This document shows, in pieces, positions 23,489 to 35,123 of a DNA stretch of 64,000 bases. The translations under genes and the position numbers were made by a program. This stretch comes from Phyllobates terribilis. Taxonomy: Eukaryota. Position 1 is the stretch's first letter, and each line of letters starts with the position of its first letter. Under the pieces are notes generated by a model. It searched no databases. It saw only the letters and a list, made by a program, of their open reading frames with translations, and was not told where the DNA came from. The stretch spans positions 488,808,001-488,872,000 of the forward strand of contig NW_027362771.1 of assembly GCF_046119375.1 (NCBI RefSeq), read 5' to 3'.

Positions 23489-26400
23489 GTAGCAATGTGT
23501 GACCTCCCTGTATATCTACCTGTATAGTATATGAGACTATCCATGACGTGTATATATATATTTTTGTTTGTTTTGTATTCAGTGGTATCAGTCGGAAGTG
23601 GGGTGGAGGCTTCCACGTCACAGCATGTAGTCAATTCAAAGGCCGAAGAACCTTCAGAATCTGTGGATCCACAGAAACAAGACAGGTATGATTCCACCTT
23701 GTGACCAAGTCAAAGTTATCCTCCACATACTATGTCGGTGAAATTCCTGTATTTTGGTGAGGGGACTGCACGCCCCTGGGTTTCCATGATAAGATGCTGC
23801 TCACAAGAGGTTTCATGTAAAGATGCAGGTGGTGGAATCAAAAGAGAAGAGCACTGCAAGAGAACAATGCACAGGATGGTATCTACAACCATGAATTAAA
23901 GCGCACCTATCGTTATATTAAAATCAGCACTTCTTCCTTAGGCAGCTGTAGATGTGTGTTTTGATTAGTGCAGTCAGAAATGTTGTATATAATCTGCATA
24001 TTTCCTTCTGTCTGCTGGTTCTTGTAAATGCATATTTTCTGTCTGCATTGCTTGCAGCTGTACGAGCCCTTCCCAGTGCAATGTTACAGCCCTGTTTTCT
24101 CTGAGCCAAAGCTTGCAGTTCCCCACCCACAGTGGAAGAGGTTCTGCAGCTGCGTCCCCTTCTCCCAGTCTTCTATTTACTCTATTACTTTAGATGGATT
24201 TTTTGGTGACTGAGGAGGTTTCTGAACATTTGCAGAGGGCCTGAAGGCAGGGAAAGAGAAACTGCAGACTGCTGGAAGGTGAGAAAGATGGCACTTTCCT
24301 CATATAAGGTTTTTTTTTTGTTTTTTTTTATAGAAATAACTTATTTACACAACAAAATAAAGCGATGGGTGCGCTTTAAGTCTGACAGTGGAGGAATATA
24401 GTGAGATTACTTCAGATCTAAAAAAAAAACAACTTTGTAATTGGATAGAGAACACAACATGAAGTAGCTTCATCAAGACAAATGCAAAAAAGAACTTGTA
24501 AAGTTAATCAGCTTTTTTCATTTCAACTGAATTTTGTTAAAAGGTAGACTTTTGAGTTTATATAGTGTATAGAAATTTNNNNNNNNNNNNNNNNNNNNNN
24601 NNNNNNNNNNNNNNNNNNNNNNNNNNNNNNNNNNNNNNNNNNNNNNNNNNNNNNNNNNNNNNNNNNNNNNNNNNNNNNNNNNNNNNNNNNNNNNNNNNNN
24701 NNNNNNNNNNNNNNNNNNNNNNNNNNNNNNNNNNNNNNNNNNNNNNNNATAGTGTTGGCACCCTTGAAAATTGTTCCAGAAAATGAAGTATTTCTCCCAG
24801 AAAGTTATTGCAATTACACATGTTTTGTTATACACAGGTTTATTTCCATTATATGTATTGGAACAACACAAAAAAAAGGCAAATTGGACTTCATTTCACA
24901 CAAACCCTAAAAATGGGTCAGACAAAATTGTTGGCACCCTCAACTTAATATTTGGTTACACACCCTTTGTAATAAATAACTGCAATCAATCGCTTCCTAT
25001 AACCATCATCAAGCGTCTTACACCTCTCAGATGGAATTTTGGACCACTCGTCTTTTGCAGACTGCTCCAGGTCTCTCATATGTGAAGGCGCCTTCTCCCA
25101 ACAGCAATTTTAAGATCTCTCCACAGGTGTTCAATGGGATTTAGATCCGGACTCATTGCTGCCACTTCAGAACTCTCCAGCTCTTTGTTTCCATCCACGA
25201 CACTTGTGTATAACAAACCATGTGTAATTGTAATAATTTTCTGGAACCATTTCAAGGGTGCCAACACTTTCAGTCATGACTCTTTAAAGCAGAATTATTT
25301 GTATATTTTGTAGGACTTTAAATATCCTGCTGATCGGTGAAGTGTCTGAGACCCCCGTCTAATGCTAAAACACTTTGGAGTAGTTAACACTTTAGTCTCT
25401 GCAAGCTCACACAGCAGTCCATGACCATACATTGCTGTGTGCATGCACTCCTATAGGAGCTGAGCACGTCTCCAATATTTTGAGTGATTGGTGCAATTTT
25501 AGGATTTCGAACCCCACTGGTCTGCAGGATGTTTAAACGGGTTATAGGGACTATTTTTTTTTTTTTTTAATATAGGCCTAAGAGCTAACAGGCAGGTAGT
25601 CGCTGATTTCTGCCAGCACCGAGTTCTCACAGTCCGCTCCTTCCGGCGATTCAGCGGCTTCCGTAGACATCACGTTGACAGAGCGGCGGCTTATTTTCCG
25701 CTCTGCTCTGTTGGCGGGGCGTGACTGCCGATGTCATGTTGATTGACAGCCGGCTGCCTAACAACAAGCTCCACATAGTTAATCAGCACGATGTAAAGTG
25801 AGCAGCCCGGAAGAGGAAGAGCTGCTCTATTGACTTAGAGCAGGTGAACCACCAGCTGGAGCGTTCAATGACTGCTCTTTGCCAGAACAGCGTACAACAG
25901 GCAGGTAGCTGTCAACTACCTGACTTATTAGTTTTTAGGTCCGTAGTGTAAAAAAAAAGGCCTGGATAAATCCTTTAAAAGGGAATTCTCATTTTCATCA
26001 CTCTACTCCTTCCTGGTTACCGAGGGCAGTGTGCTCCTCTAGGTTGACAGTTCAGACTAGCAGCATGGTCACGCCACTGGTCTGAACTGTGCGCTCTTTC
26101 ATGCTTCAAGTGCTGGCGGCCTTTACTCTGTACCATCAAGTGGAGCCAAATGACACTGAAGTTGGCCTGATCCAGCACTCCTTTGCCTAGGAGACCGGCT
26201 ACCTCTGACAGACACTGGTGTTGGGTAATCATGGCAACAAACAGTAAATTATGGCGTTTAAAAACCTCCATTCTTGAGACGAAACAACCCCTTTAAGGAC
26301 CTTGTGTAGATGCTGTCTGTGAGATCTCCACTGCTACCCTATGTGATTGCTGTGTAGGGAAGATGTGGAGCTCTGGAATATATTGTGATTTGTTATTTAC

Positions 26401-29400
26401 CTTTAATATGATATAGTCACAGATTTGCCTCTCTCCTCTGCTCTGTCAGGTTGAATTTGATGCCTGTGGGGCATATATTCCCATTGATGACTTTATAGTA
26501 GTAATCGTTTGATACATGGTATCTCTGATTTCTGCATCTGTAGCTGGCCAGTTGGACATGTGTTTTTTTTCGAGTACTTTATTCTTAATGTGCTTTTCTC
26601 TGTCTGCCAGTTCTCTTCCACAACCAGAGACGGCCTCTTCTTTGCAAGATGAAAACGCAGATGACAGAACTGCTGAACTGACGGAGGCACAAGGTCAGTC
26701 CTGTGTTCATTTTCAGTGCTCTGTTTTGTGCCTCTAGTGTGTGCTGGGCTTCTTGGATATGTCCGTACATTATGTTCACTAACAACCTGTTTAAACTCTC
26801 AATCACCAGGCCTAATTTGGAATCTTTCACCAGGTTTTTTGCCAACTAATCTGAGCGCAGCATAATGCCGGGCCAGATACCCTAATTCCCATGATTTATC
26901 ACTTACTGGACTGCTTGCTGTAGTTTTGATAAAATCACTGTTTTATCAGCAGGAGATTATCACTAGAGGACTAGTAAACCTGCTGCAAGGTAGTCCTTCA
27001 TATCCATGTGCTCTGTATAACCCCGTCCGCACCACTGATTGGCAGCTTTCTGCCTATGCACAGTATACCCAGAAAGCTGCCAATTAGTAGTGTGGGCGAG
27101 TTATAAAGATCTTAGCATTCAGAGATCTGGTAGATCAACAGTAGATACAAGTGATTTTTTTAAATGTCAACAAGTAGTCGTTAGTGACACATCACTGGCA
27201 ATAGGGGCTCTGCCCCTATATTAGGCTCTCTTTAAAAACTCTTTAATGTCCACACACTATTTTTTCCCTTTGTTTTTTTTCATTTTTGCATTCCAGGAGC
27301 CATAAGTCTTTAATTTTTCTTAAATACATTGTTTGAAGAAAAATAATTTAACTCATGACTCTCAAAATATGATACAAAAACAAATTCTTTTTCTGTCAGC
27401 AGTGCCATATGAGGGCTTATTTTTTGCATGACAAGATGTAGTTTTCATTGGTTCCATTCCATTTTGGGGGTACACATAACTTTAGCNNNNNNNNNNNNNN
27501 NNNNNNNNNNNNNNNNNNNNNNNNNNNNNNNNNNNNNNNNNNNNNNNNNNNNNNNNNNNNNNNNNNNNNNNNNNNNNNNNNNNNNNNNNNNNNNNNNNNN
27601 NNNNNNNNNNNNNNNNNNNNNNNNNNNNNNNNNNNNNNNNNNNNNNGAAGTTGCTAAAGTTATGTGTACCCACATTGGTTAATGAAAACTACATCTTGTC
27701 ATGCAAAATAAATAAATATATATTACATTTAAAAAGGAACCTGTCAGGTCCCCCATACCACCATCTGCATATATAAACACCCCGCCTGTATTACATTGCA
27801 CACAAAAAACAGATCTTTAGAAAAAGTATGCAGACACAACTGCTGGTGGTTCTGAGGACACGGGGAGCCTGACAGGTTCCCTTTGAATTCATGTTGGCTG
27901 AACCACGGGCAGCATGAAGCAAACACTGGCTACACAAATTGCTGCTTGGTATGTTTTTTTACTCTGAAATGCTTCTCTGCATTATTACCCTGTAATGTGT
28001 AACAACCATGCAATTAGCACCAGATGAAAAGCCTCACACCATATAGCAGATTTAAAGCAAAAAGACTAAGGGTCCGTGCCCACGATGCGTTTTTCAAGCG
28101 TTTTTGCTGCGCAATTTTTGCAGCGTAAACGCTTGGTAATCCGTCCCCAATGACAATCGGCAATTTCAATGCCCATGCTGCAGAATTTTCCGCAGCGTTC
28201 TTGATGTGCAGAAAATTCTACAACATGTCCATTTACGCATGCGGAATTGCCATCTCAATGCATTAGAAAGCGCAAGGCAATTCTGCATGTGCAAAATGCT
28301 TCAAAAATGCGTGTCAAATTCCGCACGCGTTTTTCCGGGCAAGGACATGCAGAAATGAAGCGGAAATTTTCCGCTTTATTTCTGCATCGTGGGCACATAG
28401 CCTTAAGGGTATGTGCACACGATGCAGAAATGAAGCAGAAAATTTCTGCATCATTTCTGCATCTCCCTGGCAGAAAAAACGCATGCAGATTGTGCATGCG
28501 TTTTTCCTGCAGAATACATGCGGATCCACATGCAGATTCACATGCGTTTCCGCATGCAGATTGACAAGCGCTTTCCAGGCGATGTTAGCATCACCTGGAA
28601 AGTGCTTGATAACTAGGTCACACTATATAAATCCATGCAAACAGCATGGATTTATACAGTGTGAACCGAGAGAGTGTATATACTTACCTCCGATGGCCCG
28701 CGCTGTCCTGCTCACTCCGTTCTCCCGGCTGCCGGCAACTTTGAATTGAAAGACCTGCCGACGTCAGCGTCACGTGACCCGTCACATGACTCTGACGTCA
28801 CCGCAGGTCCTACAACTCACTGCAAGTGCCGGGAACCAAGCGGGAGCGCTGCGCGGGCCGACAGAAGGTAAGAATACATTATTTTTTATTTTATTCTTCT
28901 TTTTACAGCTTTTTTAATGGTACCTGGGTGTGGATGAGACTCTCCTCTCCTCCACACCCGGGTACCATCCGCACATTAGAACGCACCAATTACGCAAGTA
29001 CAGATGCAGTCTTGCGGAATTGGCGCGTTCTAATGCAAGTCAATGGCGGCGAAATCGCCGCGTTTCCGCAAAATTAATTGACATGCTGCGGATTTTTGAC
29101 CGCAGCGTTAACGCTGCGGAAAAATCCGCATCATGGGCACAGCACATGCGGATTTCCATTGGGGAACATTGCTGCCCTTCTACCATGCGTTTTTCATGCG
29201 TTTCCGCGGCGTTTACGCAACTGCAAAAACGCCGCGGAAACGCATGAAATACGCATCGTGTGAACACAGCCTTAGATGGAATATTCAGAGGAGTTGAGGG
29301 AGTAAAATAAAAGCAAAAAAAATGGCTACCATCCACCATTCAATATAATTGACATGCTATTTTGTTCTGTAGGTTGATAAGATAATGACAACACTAAACT

Positions 29401-30066
29401 AAAATACTTTTGGGTCACAATTTTTTGAGACCCTAACTTTTGTATTTTCCCATAGACACAGTTGTGTGAGGCCTTGTTTTTGGTTGGACAAGCTGTGGTT
29501 TTCACTGGTAACATTTTTAATGAAAGATGAAAATTAAAAGATAAAATTGAAACATTTTTAAAGAGAAGATCACACTTTTCCATTTTTATTTTTTGTAGAA
29601 AAAATTAACCAAAACCGTAATCCTGGCATTGTTCTTCTGGGATTCTGGGATAAATAACAAATATATACACATAGGTATGTGTGTGTATATATTAATAGAG
29701 AAAAATATTTATATAGATGTGTAAAATATATTTGCACCATTTTTTGAGGCCGTTATCTTTTAATTAATTTTTTTTTTTGGTTTTAGCGAGCAGTATTTTT
29801 TTTTTATTGGGGCCATTTTGGGATATTTAAGACTGTTGTTTTTTTTTAATTTCATGCAAAACGGAATGAACAAAAATGCCATTTATTTTATTTTTTTCAA
29901 CAATCATTGTGCAGAAAAAAATCATTATATAATTTTTTTTTTCTAGTTGTTAGAGAAGTGGTGGTACCAGATATGTCTGCTTTTGGGCATTTATCGTTAT
30001 GAAATTAAATGATATATAATAATAATATATATATATATTTTAATTGACCAAAATCTGTTTTTAGCA

Positions 30067-30110
<44 letters not shown>

Positions 30111-33100
30111 AAAGATAAAAAAAAATAGTTATGTAATACAATATAGATCCCACAAGGGAATTTGAACATGTGATCCTTTAGGTCCGTGCATCATACACTG
30201 CCCTACTTAAGTAGTGCAGTGCATAATCTCAGCATGTCAGTGTTCGGCTAGGTTTACATGAGCGTATTTTTGGTTCATGAGAAAATGAAGAGTACTACAA
30301 GTAATTTACATGTGAAAAATATTGCAGCATGCATTAGTTTCTTCGCTAGATCAGCTCAGACTTGCCAATTCACATTTTTGGGTGTGCATGAAAAAATGGA
30401 TACGGCATTCGATTCTTACGGAAACATTGCAGTTATGTAACATAGGAAGCTGTAAATTGTTTTGTAAATGATTAACTGCTGTAAAAAAACGGATTGCACA
30501 CCGATGACTAGTGAGAAAAAAAATCATCTGAGTTGTCTAGCTGAAACGATGACTATTGGTCTATACGCTCGTGTGAAGCTGGCTTCATACTGACAGGCAG
30601 CTTATTAGATTGTGTAAAGGAAGCGCTTTGGTATGAAGCGGGTTAACATTGCCCCAAATAATTGCTGTGAATGTACAGTCATGGCTGAAATTGTTCCAGA
30701 AAATGAAGTATTTTTCTCAAAAAATGATTGCAATTACACGTTTTGTTATACACATGTTTATTTCCTTTGTGTGTATTGGAGCAGCACAAAAAAACACACA
30801 CAACCCCAAAAATGAGCCATCATTTTTGGTCTTTTGTGCGAAATGATGTCCAATTTTTTCAGTTTTTTTTTTCGTGTTGTTCCAATACAAACAAAGGAAA
30901 TAAACCTGTGTATAACAAAACATTTGTAAATGCAATAATTTTCTGGGAGAAATACTTCATTTTCTGGAACAATTTCAAGAATGCCAACACTTTCAGCCAT
31001 TACTGTATTGGTCTCTGAACTTTGTTCCAGATAAACCTGCATTATCTGACTGATAATGCACATAAAGTACTTTAATTCTGATATATATATGATGTATTCA
31101 ATGGTGATGTGTAATCCAAACACGAGCAGGAAGCGCCTCCAACCATAGGAGAGAGGGCAGAGGTCTGGTGACGTTTAGATCAATGACCTCGATCATAGGG
31201 AACAGTGCCCCTTGTGGATACCAGATGTCAGTCATTGTTGGGGGAGAAAAGGCTTTCAGAAGTGTGAAGTCTATGAAAACTGGGGTGTAGTGTTTGCTAG
31301 AAAACTGGGCGACTTACTTAAAACTAGCTATGGAAGGTGTTGCTATTGGATATTCCAGATTGCAGACTCTCAGAGAAGGGTTTCAGTTATTCCAGCATAG
31401 AAAAGGGGGGAGTTCAGCGCAGTGTGTGGCAAGAAGGCTCAAGAAAGGGGAAGAGAAAACATAATGAAACAGAACAGACGTTAGACAGTGATGATGGTAA
31501 GTGATTATTTGCTTTGGTGGGATTTTATCCTTGCACAGGGCATAGATCTGATGGAGAGACATTTTGCGTAATTACAATTTGTATTTTCTGTAGCTGCAGC
31601 TTCAGATAGCGGACAGAATTCTTCTGAAGAGCAAGAACGATCTCCACAAAAGGCCAAAGTCAAGAAGACAAACCGTTGCCACATGTGCCGCAAAAAAGTT
31701 GGGCTTACAGGTCTGTATGTGAATTCAATAATGTTCTGTATGGTCCAAAATGGTATCGCTCTGCTTTATGATTAAAGCTGATGTTTTGTTCATACTGTGG
31801 CGTCTATTGCTGCGGAAATCCTGAAGACTTCACTTAGATTTCACCGTTATTCAGGGAGATCAACAACATAAATCGACAGGGTACAGATCTCAAATCCTAT
31901 AAAGAGCTGTAATGCTTTATATTTGTATACCTGGCATATTAAATGTTACCCCCACTCCTCCGAGCACTTATAGAAACACCAAACATCCTCGGATTTTATC
32001 TCCATTCAATGTTTCCCCTTGCTAATGTTAATTCCTAGTAATTGGATGTTAACGCCACTTAGTTTCGTAGCCTATGTTCACTTTGAGGTTTTCTTTTAGG
32101 CATTCAAAAATGGCAAGTTTTTCATGTGGATAACCCCTTCAGGGAATGCTCATTTTTTGGGGAGTTTTTTTGTTTTCCTGAATCTTTTTGTGCAGATGTT
32201 TTGGAAGGGTTTTTTTTTTTGCAGCCGTTCTATTTGCCGGTGTTTAGTTTGGAGTGAACCCGCTTAAGTGACACAGGCGTTTTTCAAAACCTCTTCAGGA
32301 AAAACTTGTGAACAACAAAATGGACTTCCCATAGTAATGGGCAGGAAGGCTATTCCAAGTGTTTTTTTTCAGCAGATCGGCTTTAAAAAAAAAAAAAACC
32401 TCCATGTGAACATAGTCTAATAGTCCCATTATTGTGGTTGAGTAGAAATTGCTTACATACATTGTCATGGAATAAACCGGGAGGAAAATACAGCCTAGGA
32501 CAGCCATAGGGTACCCTTTATACTAATGATGGATCGGGCGGTATAGGGGGTTTCCATGAAGGTAATTCTCTGTTGTGACGTAGCGGTCGAGTTCCTCCTC
32601 CATTTGTGGTGGATTTGTAATGCTCCAATCCTCTGCCACTGTGCTCCTGGACCAGACCGCCACCCCGACACCAAATCAATGAAACCAGACTCCCGGCACC
32701 TCCGTTGTTAGGTTACAATCAGTATTACAACTTCAACAGCAAAACCGAAGACAGAAATAAAATTAACTGCTGTAAGTAAAAGCAATGGTGCATATAAATA
32801 ATATAGGTCACTTGGTAAACACCGTTTTTGATTAAAAAAAAAAAAAAAAAAAGCGTAAAAGCCATCCCACCAGTGTCGAGGTGTACCATAATCTGGATGG
32901 TCCTAACGTCTCGTATTAAAACCTTACTATGTGTCATAGTGACGTCAATGTGAATAAGGGCCGAGCAAGACCGGGTCCCGAATGATTACCCAGTAATTGG
33001 GAAGCTATATAAACGTAATATCCAGCTCAAAAAAAGGAGGCCACACTGTTACCTGCACTAAACGCAGAATCCTGAAACTTAACCCCCAAAAAAATGAACT

Positions 33101-34245
33101 GGAGTATAAGTTGGTATGTGTGCAAAATAGGAGCATGTTCACACTGGTCATTATACAGACAGAAAAAGAATGAACATATACCCTGCTGTAAGTAAATAAG
33201 TAAAAGCAATAGTGCATATAAATAACATGGGGTACTTGGTAAACACCGTCTTTGATCAAGTAAAGCGTAAAAGCCATCCCAGCAGCGTCAAGGTGTACCA
33301 CAAGCGGTTTTTTTTTCAGTTGAACTTAAGCAGCAATTTAAGGGTGGAGGAGGGCATTTCTGCCTGCTCCTTTCACCACCACAGTGGGGGACAGTGTGCT
33401 CCAGAAAATTGCCAGTTTGGACCAGTGGTATGGTCGCTGGTCCATAGTGTGCGCTCTGCCATGCTGCAAGCAGACTGCATTGGCTCTGTAGCATCGGATG
33501 GGCACAGGCTGGCTGGATGCTGGCTGGATGCTGGCAGCTTCAGAGCAGCTCTTGCAGGTTGTATAGCAGAGTTTGTAAGTGCTGCGCTCCTTGCAGAGAA
33601 GACCGGTTATCCCTGATAGACTGCAGAAGGGGTTGGTAACCTAGACAATAAGCAGTAAACGATTTAAAAAACAAAACAAAAAAAAACTCCTATGTTCTTG
33701 AGAATGCAGAGGACTTTATTTTAGAGAGAGAAATTGCAAGCCCTTAACAATTTTACCCATTTAGCATGGTGAAAACAAGCCCGTGTCTTTTCCTGGAGCC
33801 GTGTGGTGGCCAGTGATTGTAATCACAGAGATGATTGCACATAGATAGCGGATTACTAGGATATTCCTGACTCTCTGAAGGAGGCTTGTTATCCTAGGCC
33901 ACATGTGTAGTAGAACATCGTTGATGACTCCTCCGTGAATAGTGTACAGGTTGTAAAGGGACTTGGATGTCCTAGTTTCCAGTTTCTTGTCTAGGCCCTT
34001 CATTGTTATTCACAAGATGATGGCTGCTATACTGTTTTTTTGCTGGGACAAAATAAATGCATATATAAATTTTAATATGTATTTTTTGTTTTTTAGGCTT
34101 CGACTGCCGCTGTGGAAATATATTCTGTGGGACACATCGTTACTCCGACGTGCACAGTTGCTCCTATGACTATAAAGCTGATGCAGCTGAAAAGATCAGG
34201 AAAGAGAACCCTGTTGTGGTCGGGGAGAAGATCCAGAAAATTTGA
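23332..34245 (+). CDS. ZFAND6: AN1-type zinc finger protein 6 (A20 + AN1 fingers), complete; join 23332..23488, 23583..23685, 26611..26693, 31594..31710, 34097..34245
   Basis: 157+103+83+117+149 = 609 nt in frame with matching phases; [36 protein letters not shown]...[19 protein letters not shown]...[14 protein letters not shown]. The [13 protein letters not shown] residues and the position next to FAH favour ZFAND6 over ZFAND5. Confidence 0.93.
23583..23685 (+). CDS. ZFAND6: ZFAND6 coding exon 2
   Basis: ttcag|TG...AG|gtatga; open Ser-rich linker, phase 1 to phase 2. Confidence 0.85.
24579..24748. other. Assembly gap (170 N)
   Basis: Run of N. Confidence 0.99.
24749..25282 (-). mobile_element. 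Internally deleted Tc1 copy (same family as 9401..10748)
   Basis: Both TIR ends present (left one cut by the N gap); short transposase C-terminus [15 protein letters not shown] on the minus strand. Confidence 0.8.
26611..26693 (+). CDS. ZFAND6: ZFAND6 coding exon 3
   Basis: Pyrimidine tract + ccag|T...G|gtcagt; [27 protein letters not shown]; phase 2 to phase 1 bridges the flanking exons. Confidence 0.75.
26820..27240. mobile_element. T2/Kolobok-type MITE copy
   Basis: Shares aatct(g/t)tcaccagg...atctgag.gcagcat...tcacttactgg with copies at 51443, 53240 and 53959. Confidence 0.55.
27487..27646. other. Assembly gap (160 N)
   Basis: Run of N. Confidence 0.99.
27729..27886. mobile_element. 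Short T2/Kolobok-type MITE
   Basis: TIRs aaaggaacctgtcagg / cctgacaggttccttt-like with TTAA-like flanks. Confidence 0.6.
28070..28402. mobile_element. PIF/Harbinger-like MITE
   Basis: TAA|gggtccgtgcccacgatgc ... gcatcgtgggcacatagcc|TTA. Confidence 0.7.
28407..29271. mobile_element. Longer PIF/Harbinger-like MITE abutting the previous one
   Basis: TAA|gggtatgtgcacacgatgc ... gcatcgtgtgaacacagcc|TTA; internal palindromes. Confidence 0.65.
30676..31005. mobile_element. Tc1-derived fold-back MITE (two TIRs only)
   Basis: TA|cagtcatggctgaaa ... tttcagccattactg|TA; arms match the TIR of 9401..10748. Confidence 0.85.
31594..31710 (+). CDS. ZFAND6: ZFAND6 coding exon 4
   Basis: [30 protein letters not shown]; donor G|gtctgt; exact acceptor ambiguous (tandem AGs). 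Confidence 0.9.
34097..34245 (+). CDS. ZFAND6: ZFAND6 last coding exon (AN1 zinc finger)
   Basis: tttag|GC; [48 protein letters not shown]. Confidence 0.96.
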
Positions 34246-34678
34246 GAGCGATCTTCAGTCTGTGTCCTGGATGTCACCAGCATTGTGGTGTGGACTGTTG
34301 TGGGATATGATAACCCACCTTTATCATCTTGACTTTACATCCATGGATACAGCTTCCCCCCCCCCCTCCCTTTTCTTATTACAGCTTTCTCCTGAATCCT
34401 TACAATTGAAACAAGGATAAAACCACACACACAAAAAAAAACCTTTAAAAACTCTCTAAACTGTCTCCAGGTTTTTCCATACTGTGCACAACTGTTAATG
34501 AGGATGTGATGGAGTGCAATGTACTCTCTGGATGTGGCTTCTCGTTACATCTCCATGATCAGACTCCTGACTCTTTATCCTGTTCAATTCCTCCCAGAAC
34601 TAAACGGATTGACATTTTATTGGACGCGTTTAATCGTGTGCTTGAGCTCTGGCCCTTTTTTTTTCTTCCAACGGAGGA

Positions 34679-34710
<32 letters not shown>

Positions 34711-35117
34711 CTTCTTCTTCTGCATCATATTGTGTGATTGAGTGGGTGATTTAAGAAAGAAAATCTTTAATACTAGAAGAAAAGGTGTATCCATTTTAGT
34801 GTTGGAAACAGTTTTTGTTTTTTTTCTTTCCCCCCTCCCCAGTGGGTCCTGCATGTGTTTGCTCAAAGCCCAGCCTTCATGGGTGGCTTCAGAGAATGGT
34901 ATGTGTGTAGGAGGCGGCACTGGTGCTGGTTGGAGAGGGGCCGGTGCCACCAGGCAGAGAGATTATTTCAAAGGCCTTCCGTTTGCTTCTGGCCGTTAAA
35001 CATTATAAATTTAAAATCTTTTTGTTTCATTTTTATAGTAGATATAATCAAACGTGTGAGCGCCAGCCACATACCGGCCTCTCACCAAAGGTTTTATGTT
35101 TATGTCCGTTTGATTTA

Positions 35118-35123
35118 AATAAA
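35118..35123 (+). terminator. Candidate ZFAND6 polyadenylation signal
   Basis: AATAAA followed by a GT-rich tract (gcttgtgtctcgtgtt), about 870 nt after the stop. Confidence 0.5.

Noticed and set aside
24518-24871. ORFs crossing N runs (also 27428..27682 and 52787..53182)
   Set aside because: Open only because of gap characters.
34506-34950. Poly-Phe/poly-Lys ORFs (also 58413..58954)
   Set aside because: Produced by poly(T) runs in the ZFAND6 3' UTR and the L1 tail.
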